From contig CALRHV010000001.1 of NCBI GenBank assembly GCA_943359525.1, positions 82,195 through 146,194 of the forward strand: a stretch of 64,000 bases of DNA. The letters are read 5' to 3'. Every line of letters begins with the position of its first letter. Position 1 is the first letter of the stretch. The notes under the pieces were generated by a model. It saw only the letters and a list, made by a program, of their open reading frames with translations. It had not been told where the DNA came from and made no database searches. Below are positions 57,869 through 64,000 of this stretch, piece after piece. Source of the DNA: Candidatus Uhrbacteria bacterium (GTDB lineage Bacteria > Patescibacteriota > Patescibacteriia > UBA9934). Position numbers and translations under genes: made by a program.

Positions 57869-58912
57869 TCAGGAAGCCTTGGAATCGTCAAGATATTTCG
57901 CTAACAGGCTAATGCCAATAACGGCAAAAATCCCCAAGATTCCTAGCACAATCGCCTTCTGCCAGCTAACAAAGACGAGGCTCGTCACCCCAAACACCAG
58001 AGCAAGGAGCGAGTAAAGCAAAGTCACCTGCCGTGGTGAAAGTCCAGCGTCACGAAGCATAAAGTGGAAATGTCGGCGATCTGCGGTGGTAAATGGATTT
58101 TGCCCACTGCGCCATCGGCGGACGGCAACGAGAGCAACATCGATCGCTGGGATACCGAGGACGAGAAGTGCCGTTGCCATCTTGCTGCCCGCGATCACCG
58201 AAAGCACGCCAACCGTAAAACCGAGAACCGTACTTCCAGACTCGCCGAGAAAGATCTGCGCCGGATGCCAATTCCAAAGAATAAATCCGAGGATCGATGC
58301 CGAGAAAATCAGGGCGAGTAATGCGACATCGGACTGGAAATACATTGGCGTCAGCGCGAGCGCAGTAATCATCAACGCCCCCACCAACGACACGCTCGAC
58401 GCCAGGCCGTCAACGCCGTCGAGCAGCTTCGTCGTCATCGTCATCGCGAGAATCCACACAAACGCCACAACCGACGCTACGATCGGAGCAAGAACGATCA
58501 CGCCACCAAGTGGGTTCGTTATCTTTGCAACGTTGATCCCACCAAGAACAGCGACGAGTGATGCAGTTACGAAGAGCGTCATCGAATACTTTGCCGAGAT
58601 CGTGAATCGATCATCTACCACGCCGCCAATCGTGAGAATCGCGATACCAAAAAAGAAGCCGATGAAGTGATGGAATCCAATAGCGCCGCTCGTGAGTTCG
58701 GTCGATGAAAGTAAAACGCCGATTGTAACAATCGTAAAACTCGCCACGATCGCCAAACCGCCAAGGAGCGGCGTTGGTTCGTTGTGAAGCTTTCGTCCAC
58801 CATCGGGGGAATCGATAACCCCAAATCGCAGCGCCAACGATCGAACAATTGGCGTAAGCCAAGCCGAGATGAGAAATGCGAGTGCAACGGGAATTGGCCA
58901 CCACAAAGGCAT
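57869..58912 (-). CDS. MraY/WecA-family (GT4) polyprenyl-phosphate N-acetylhexosamine-1-phosphate transferase
   Basis: VIDSPDGGRKLH..PTPLLGG, DDRF, LLDGVDGLA and NWHPAQIFLGESGS motifs; ten TM helices. Confidence 0.75.
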   Translation of the reverse strand: MPLWWPIPVALAFLISAWLTPIVRSLALRFGVIDSPDGGRKLHNEPTPLLGGLAIVASFTIVTIGVLLSSTELTSGAIGFHHFIGFFFGIAILTIGGVVDDRFTISAKYSMTLFVTASLVAVLGGINVAKITNPLGGVIVLAPIVASVVAFVWILAMTMTTKLLDGVDGLASSVSLVGALMITALALTPMYFQSDVALLALIFSASILGFILWNWHPAQIFLGESGSTVLGFTVGVLSVIAGSKMATALLVLGIPAIDVALVAVRRWRSGQNPFTTADRRHFHFMLRDAGLSPRQVTLLYSLLALVFGVTSLVFVSWQKAIVLGILGIFAVIGISLLAKYLDDSKAS

Positions 58913-58929
58913 ATACTAACAGCCTACCC

Positions 58930-59370
58930 TTACTCCCACCACTTGCACAACGGCATTTCGGCAATGCAATACAGCTCCTTCTTCTTGTTTGGGAACTTTT
59001 TCAACAGACGAAGGCTCAACCAGTGATCGATGGAGTGACGGCCCGCACCAGAGGTCAAAAGCAATACCGCGGTGCCGAAGATCAGGATCCGAGCGGAAAA
59101 ATCGACCGCAAGGACATCGGGAATACTGGACGAGAGCAAGGGTAATGCCATTCCGATAATGACCAATGCTCCCGCGAGTCGAGTGAAAAATCCCTCGACC
59201 GAAAGAACACCAGCAATGAACATGACTGCGACTAAAAATGAAATCGACTCAATGTGATTGATGGATTGCGCAATAAGTACGCCGCCGAATGCAATGCGAA
59301 CCGGAATAATTCCCCACGTTGGTCGGGTGCCAAAGAAATATGTCCAAAACTTTGCAGCAGATTGTGTCAT
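58930..59370 (-). CDS. DoxX-family membrane protein
   Basis: 146 aa; four TM helices. Confidence 0.5.
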   Translation of the reverse strand: MTQSAAKFWTYFFGTRPTWGIIPVRIAFGGVLIAQSINHIESISFLVAVMFIAGVLSVEGFFTRLAGALVIIGMALPLLSSSIPDVLAVDFSARILIFGTAVLLLTSGAGRHSIDHWLSLRLLKKFPNKKKELYCIAEMPLCKWWE

Positions 59371-60773
59371 AGTGGAATTAATCCGGGAATCGCTTCACTC
59401 ATCGTGGGGTACGCGTGGATCATCGATTGAACGGTGTCGATGGCAATGCCGGCGTACATCGCCAACGCAAGCTCGTGAATCACCTCCCCCGAATGATCGC
59501 CGAGCATTGAGGCACCAAGGATGAGGCTCGATTTCTTATCGACGAATACCTTGAGCAACCCGATCCGCTCACTCTCGATCACTGCTCGACCGAGGGCTCC
59601 GACGGGAAATTTCCAGACGGAGAACAATTTTTTCTGCATAACAAGTTCATCGGCCATTGCGCCGACCGAAGCGAGTTCTGGAGAGACGAAAACAACGCGT
59701 GGAACAACAGCGAGATCGACATGAGTGAATTTCTTTTTTCCTTGTGCGAACAATGCTGCGTTCTTTCCAGCAATCGTCCCCTCATGATGTGCGGTATGCG
59801 TGTATGCCGGAAGTCCAGTAACATCACCCGCAAAAAAGATCGATCGTCCCTTTACACGCATCATTTGGTCGATGGTGACGCCGTTCGTTGCGTTACGTTT
59901 GATTCCAGCGTTCTCGAGACCGAGCAATTCGATATTCGGCGCACGACCGGATGCGATAAGCAGTTTTTCAACGCGGACTGTTTTTCGAGGATTCGATTTC
60001 GTTTGATACGTGAGACGAATCTGCCGACCAGACTTCGCTACCCCGAGGACGCGAGTGCTGGAGTGAAATGTAACGCCGCGATGCATCAGCGTTTTTGCGG
60101 CAAGCGCAGCGACCTCGGCATCTTCACGTGGAAGCAAACGATCGGCGATATCGAAAATAATAACGGGAACGCCGAGTAAGGAAAAGAACGTCGCAAATTC
60201 GCAACCAATTGGTCCGCTGCCGAGAATAGCGATTGATTCTGGTAACTCTGTGATTGATGTTGCTTCGCGCGGCGTCCAGTAATCGATAGCCTCGATTCCC
60301 GCAATCGGCGGAATTCTTGAAATCGATCCCGTGGCGATGACGAATGATTTTGCGCTGATGATGTGCGTGCCAACGCGGATGGATTCGTCGTCGATAAAAC
60401 TTGCAGCACCACGAAAGACTGTTACCTTTTCGCTCTCTAAAATCTTCTCGAGTCGTCGATTACCCGTCATCGCATTCACGACGGCATTCTTGCGTTCCAT
60501 CATCGTAGAAAGATTGAATGATAGTTGCTTCACATCGATTCCAAATCGCCCACCGTTTCGTCGGATGTCGTCGTACCGAACAGCAGCTGCAAGCATCGAC
60601 TTCGTTGGAACACACGCATAGTTTGGACATTCGCCGCCGAGTTTGTCCGCACTCACCATCGCTACGCTCGCGCCTTCCTGTCGCGCAGCAAACGCCGCGG
60701 AAAGCCCCGCAGAGCCTCCGCCAATGATGACCACATCGAATCCTGTTTTATGAGTAATCTTTTTTGCAGGCAT
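59367..60773 (-). CDS. class I pyridine nucleotide-disulfide oxidoreductase (dihydrolipoyl dehydrogenase/mercuric reductase-like)
   Basis: FAD motif VVIIGGGSAGLSAA; redox-active disulfide GGECPNYACVPTKS; NAD(P) site GSGPIGCEFA; dimerisation domain. Confidence 0.8.
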   Translation of the reverse strand: MPAKKITHKTGFDVVIIGGGSAGLSAAFAARQEGASVAMVSADKLGGECPNYACVPTKSMLAAAVRYDDIRRNGGRFGIDVKQLSFNLSTMMERKNAVVNAMTGNRRLEKILESEKVTVFRGAASFIDDESIRVGTHIISAKSFVIATGSISRIPPIAGIEAIDYWTPREATSITELPESIAILGSGPIGCEFATFFSLLGVPVIIFDIADRLLPREDAEVAALAAKTLMHRGVTFHSSTRVLGVAKSGRQIRLTYQTKSNPRKTVRVEKLLIASGRAPNIELLGLENAGIKRNATNGVTIDQMMRVKGRSIFFAGDVTGLPAYTHTAHHEGTIAGKNAALFAQGKKKFTHVDLAVVPRVVFVSPELASVGAMADELVMQKKLFSVWKFPVGALGRAVIESERIGLLKVFVDKKSSLILGASMLGDHSGEVIHELALAMYAGIAIDTVQSMIHAYPTMSEAIPGLIPL

Positions 60774-60785
60774 AATGCTATTTCC

Positions 60786-60869
60786 GTCATCCTGAACGAA
60801 GTGAAGGATCTCTCGCAGGTGATCCGGACTAACCTACGAGAGATTCTTCGCTACGCTCAGAATGACTGA
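60786..60869. repeat. family (ii) long imperfect inverted-repeat hairpin, copy B
   Basis: GTCATCCTGAACGAAGTGAAGGATCTCTCGCAGG-15 nt-CCTACGAGAGATTCTTCGCTACGCTCAGAATGACTGA. Confidence 0.85.
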
Positions 60870-60894
60870 GTTGAAACTCTGCGTAAAATAATTC

Positions 60895-62241
60895 CTAAAC
60901 CACCAGCGGCAAATTCCGCCATACCTTTTCGTCGCCACGCAATAACGACTCCACTCGGTACGCGCCATGCGTTGGTGCATTCGTAAATCCACTCCACGCC
61001 ATGCGTGCCAATGCGCCACTATCGATCCAATCGAACAGCCACTCATTCATGTACTGCGGCGCAAGGCCATCAGCGCCACCACCAACGTACGTTAACCATG
61101 CGCGATTGAAATCCTCCTGACTTCCAACAGTCGGCGCCATAATAATCGGAATCGCTAAGCCGGTGTAGAACGAAAGCTCCGACGGTTTGGTCCAAAGAAT
61201 ATCTGTCTTGCGCATCAGCGTCGCGAATGCCGAAAAATAATCCGGACGATTGTCTTCGAAAAGGATCGTCACCTTCCCCGCGCGCTTTGCACTCACCAAT
61301 CCGTCCAGCCGAATCTCGCGTTCAAAAAATTCATTCACTTCCGGTCGCGTTCCTGCAACAAGGTTTACGATGATTCGTCCTGCACGGATATCGGAAGCCA
61401 ATGACCGGAGAGCTAAAGCAACAAGCTCGCGCTGCGTTCCCGCACCGCCAACAGCAAACGTGATCGATGGCGTGGTTGGCTTGATTGCACAAAATGGCTT
61501 TCCAAATGTTGCGTCCAGAAGCGCATGCGCTTTTGCAACGAAATTTCCACGCGGATCAAGGTTGCACATGCGACGCTGCAAATCGGCTCGCACATATTCT
61601 GGCGAGTGCGCGCCGCCAATCGTTTCGTACGGTAACGGAAAACCCGTCAGCGTAATATTTTTTTCTTTGACGCCGTACAACTTTAAACGCTCAACAACGC
61701 GACCGGTCGGCGCCAAGTATTTGATTCTGCTTTTCTTTGGATTCAGCGGCACCCAAGCACGAGCAATGTCTGCATCGCAAAGAACAATGTAGATGTCTTC
61801 TGGATAATCGAGTTCCTCCGCGGCAAAGGCTGGGGTAAAGAATGTTGAAACGATTGGAAGTGGATTTTCCTTGAATCGCTTGATCAGGTCATGGCACATC
61901 CCCTGACTATGAATAAGCGCGTATGTTTGTCTAACTTGTAAACTCGGTTTCGATAAATCGCGCTTGGGATAGAACTCCGGAATACGCTGCATCTTATCCA
62001 TTAAACCGAACGTTGCCGATCCCAGAATTGGCACGTTCTTGAACCGCGACACAAATTCGTAGAAGCTTTTTCCCGTTTCCCAAAGTCTCCGTTCATGAGC
62101 CGGAATTCCCGGATAATCATTCGCAACCGTTACCTGTTTACCAGGAGCAAGGTGCCGCAACGCAAAAGCGGCCCGTTCATGGCCATAGCCCATATTGACG
62201 GCAACCACGTGCGCCAATGCTTTCCCCCTTTTTTCCTCCAT
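60895..62241 (-). CDS. GT-B fold glycosyltransferase (MGDG synthase/UgtP/MurG-like, GT28-like)
   Basis: N-terminal HVVAVNMGYGHERAAFAL motif; bracketed by direct copies of the family (ii) hairpin. Confidence 0.45.
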   Translation of the reverse strand: MEEKRGKALAHVVAVNMGYGHERAAFALRHLAPGKQVTVANDYPGIPAHERRLWETGKSFYEFVSRFKNVPILGSATFGLMDKMQRIPEFYPKRDLSKPSLQVRQTYALIHSQGMCHDLIKRFKENPLPIVSTFFTPAFAAEELDYPEDIYIVLCDADIARAWVPLNPKKSRIKYLAPTGRVVERLKLYGVKEKNITLTGFPLPYETIGGAHSPEYVRADLQRRMCNLDPRGNFVAKAHALLDATFGKPFCAIKPTTPSITFAVGGAGTQRELVALALRSLASDIRAGRIIVNLVAGTRPEVNEFFEREIRLDGLVSAKRAGKVTILFEDNRPDYFSAFATLMRKTDILWTKPSELSFYTGLAIPIIMAPTVGSQEDFNRAWLTYVGGGADGLAPQYMNEWLFDWIDSGALARMAWSGFTNAPTHGAYRVESLLRGDEKVWRNLPLVV

Positions 62242-62250
62242 ACTTTTGCA

Positions 62251-62331
62251 GTCATCCTGAACGGAGTGAAGGATCTCTCGCAGGTCATCCGAATACCCTA
62301 CGGAGATTCTTCGCTTCGCTCAGAATGACTG
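62251..62331. repeat. family (ii) inverted-repeat hairpin, copy C, directly 5' of the GT-B gene start
   Basis: GTCATCCTGAACGGAGTGAAGGATCTCTCGCAGG-...-CCTACGGAGATTCTTCGCTTCGCTCAGAATGACTGA. Confidence 0.85.
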
Positions 62332-62402
62332 AACGTGAATTGCGTCAATTCATTTAGGAGAAGTATAGCAAGAAAACTTTTACACGATTCACTTTCCGCA
62401 GC

Positions 62403-62514
62403 GTCATCCCCGCGCAGGCGGGGATCCAGAGTGTTCTGAATGAAGATCGTGTCAGTATTCATCCCAAAAATTCTTCAATGTATTCTGGATCCCCGCCTGC
62501 GCGGGGATGACCAG
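62403..62514. repeat. inverted pair of family (i) repeats with a 55-nt spacer
   Basis: GTCATCCCCGCGCAGGCGGGGATCCAG at 62403..62429 and CTGGATCCCCGCCTGCGCGGGGATGACCAG at 62485..62514. Confidence 0.85.
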
Positions 62515-62771
62515 AGGGGAAGAAATTCCTACTACAAATCGAAGAGGCTGCCCGCGTGGAGCAGCCTCTCGTGGATCCGTGACGGGGATCAGTCGGCCGC
62601 GTTTGCGGCGTACTCGGCGTCGCGAGCTGCGAGCTCGGCTTCGGTCATCGGGAAGGAAAGGACGCGACCGCATATTCACGCTCGTTTTACGCGAAGTCCT
62701 GTCCACCACTGAGATTTGCCAAATTTATGGGGTTCAGGTAGCATTCCCGCATTCGAAACCCCAATACGCTT

Positions 62772-63002
62772 ATGTCCAAAGTCTGCATGATCACTGGCAA
62801 AACGCCTCTTACGGGCAATAATGTCAGCCACAGTAACGTCAAATCCAAGCGTCGCCAGATGCCAAATTTGCAAAAGAAAACGGTTATTAACCCAGCAACC
62901 GGCAAGCCAGTGGTGCTCATGGTTTCTAGCCGTGGTATCCGCACCCTCGCAAAGTGGGTAAAAGCAGGAAGCAAGGTCGACTTGCGCCATTTCATCGGTT
63001 AA
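62772..63002 (+). CDS. rpmB: 50S ribosomal protein L28
   Basis: MSKVCMITGKTPLTGNNVSHSNVKSKRRQMPNLQ... Confidence 0.9.
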   Translation: MSKVCMITGKTPLTGNNVSHSNVKSKRRQMPNLQKKTVINPATGKPVVLMVSSRGIRTLAKWVKAGSKVDLRHFIG

Positions 63003-63015
63003 TCACCGATTGCAA

Positions 63016-63050
63016 AAACTCCCCGATCGTTCGGGGAGTTTTTGTTATGT
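63016..63050 (+). terminator. rho-independent terminator after rpmB
   Basis: AAAAACTCCCCGATCGTTCGGGGAGTTTTTGTT. Confidence 0.8.
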
Positions 63051-63986
63051 CTTTGTGTATCCGCCGTCTTTGAAAACGATCTCGCCGTCGATTGAGACGG
63101 TAGTGATGTCGGCGAAGACATCGACGTGATATTTGCTCGATCGCTTTGGAAATCCTTCCTTGGTGTACACCGAATGTTTTTGACCAAGAGAAAGGTGAAT
63201 GCCGCACATGCGTTCGTAGCTGCCGATGTCCGTAAGCCGGCGATGCTTGGTCATAGCACGGTTCATACCGAACCCGAGCTCGCGAACCCAAAGGAGTTCG
63301 TCGGCGCGAATCTGGTCAAGTACTGCAGTGAATGAATCAGGTGGGTCGATCGCCTCGACGAGAATGCCGTTTTCGATGCGGACGGTTACTGGTTCTGGCG
63401 GAACGATAACGTGAAAGTCTGCATCAGCGTAGGCGAACAATTTCACGAAACCGTTCGCCTTCGAGAAATCAGCAGCCTCGGTAAACACTTCGCCAATTGG
63501 GAACATGCCTCCAGTATTCTTCATCCCCGTATAATCCCCCGTGTTCAACTTCGCTGATTCAAACGGCCCGTCGTATATGAGCTCTGTTCCTTCGCAGGAA
63601 ACGATGATTTGCTTTGCGTTATCGATCTTTTCCTTCAACCAAGGACCAACGGTGTGGTAGTAGTGCTCATCGTATGCGAGTGAATCGAGGTAGATTTCGT
63701 GTTCCTCTTCTGGCATGCGGCCAAGATGTGGATGCTCGATGACGGCAAGATTGCGATTGAAAAGCTCAAGGCGGAATCGGAATTCGTTCAAACGGAAACT
63801 TCCAGATTGGACAAGGACTACGAGGCTTCCTGGCGCCAATGTGTCGATTGCGGCGCGAACGAGTTCTGGCGTTGTTTCGTCAAAGTTGATAACGATCGCG
63901 TTCGTCAAAACCGCACGATACGCCTTTGAAAGTCGCGTTGAAAGCGGCGAATGTTCATCAAACACAATCATCGACGGATGCGACAC
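63045..63986 (-). CDS. hypothetical protein (possibly an aminopeptidase-like fold; unassigned)
   Basis: 313-aa ORF with a balanced composition; no motif I can name with confidence. Confidence 0.35.
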   Translation of the reverse strand: MSHPSMIVFDEHSPLSTRLSKAYRAVLTNAIVINFDETTPELVRAAIDTLAPGSLVVLVQSGSFRLNEFRFRLELFNRNLAVIEHPHLGRMPEEEHEIYLDSLAYDEHYYHTVGPWLKEKIDNAKQIIVSCEGTELIYDGPFESAKLNTGDYTGMKNTGGMFPIGEVFTEAADFSKANGFVKLFAYADADFHVIVPPEPVTVRIENGILVEAIDPPDSFTAVLDQIRADELLWVRELGFGMNRAMTKHRRLTDIGSYERMCGIHLSLGQKHSVYTKEGFPKRSSKYHVDVFADITTVSIDGEIVFKDGGYTKT

Positions 63987-64000
63987 ATCGATCCGGAATG

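Noticed and set aside
62560-62640. 19-codon GC-rich micro-ORF (MTEAELAARDAEYAANAAD)
   Set aside because: No ribosome-binding site, and it is embedded between repeat copies; probably fortuitous.
62452-62709. 85-aa minus-strand ORF containing VIPAQAGIQ
   Set aside because: Reads through the family (i) repeat and GC-rich spacer; Arg-rich, with no start context; the peptide match to the secA insertion is simply the repeat translated in the same frame.

Overview
Gene-dense bacterial chromosomal segment of about 64 kb with moderate GC (a little above 50% by eye) and most genes on the minus strand. The recognisable core is housekeeping. It includes partial cysS, a DEAD-box helicase, dsbA-like, lgt and a tight ligA-gatC-gatA operon. 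There is a type IV pilus cluster fragment (pilM, a pilin-like gene, pilD), then rnhA-recJ with ATGA coupling, lepA, mnmA, a membrane-anchored Clp/Hsp100 ATPase, secA, murC-hpf-murB, glyA-folD with ATGA coupling, uvrA-uvrB, rplU, a WecA/MraY-family transferase and rpmB. Two tRNAs are present: Ser-GGA and Trp-CCA. Several small hairpin-repeat families are interspersed among these genes: (i) GTCATCCCCGCG-N-GCGGGGATCCAG; (ii) a related 34-nt motif GTCATCCTGAACGAAGTGAAGGATCTCTCGCAGG, often as inverted pairs; (iii) G5/C5 hairpins CTCCCCC-N-GGGGGAG; (iv) an identical 42-bp hairpin present as a direct repeat. Copies of families (i) and (iii) sit in frame inside secA and uvrB, adding extra residues without breaking the reading frames, which recalls Rickettsia palindromic elements. 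A conserved non-coding element of about 270 nt occurs twice, each time starting exactly at the stop codon of a minus-strand gene; one of those genes is a bacterial type IB topoisomerase. Atypical GC-rich blocks at 18.6-20.9 kb, 22.7-23.9 kb and 43.9-47.8 kb, and AT-rich inserts at 32.3-32.7 kb and 43.2-43.7 kb, look accessory. The most system-like unexplored locus is 53.4-57.2 kb. It encodes a signal-peptide protein of 939 aa with helical repeats and a C-terminal CHAT/caspase-like His-Gly...Cys dyad, a 46-aa acidic Pro/Ala/Asp/Glu/Thr-rich micro-ORF with its own terminator, and a transglutaminase-like Cys-His protein. All calls were made by eye from the sequence and the ORF track; nothing was searched.
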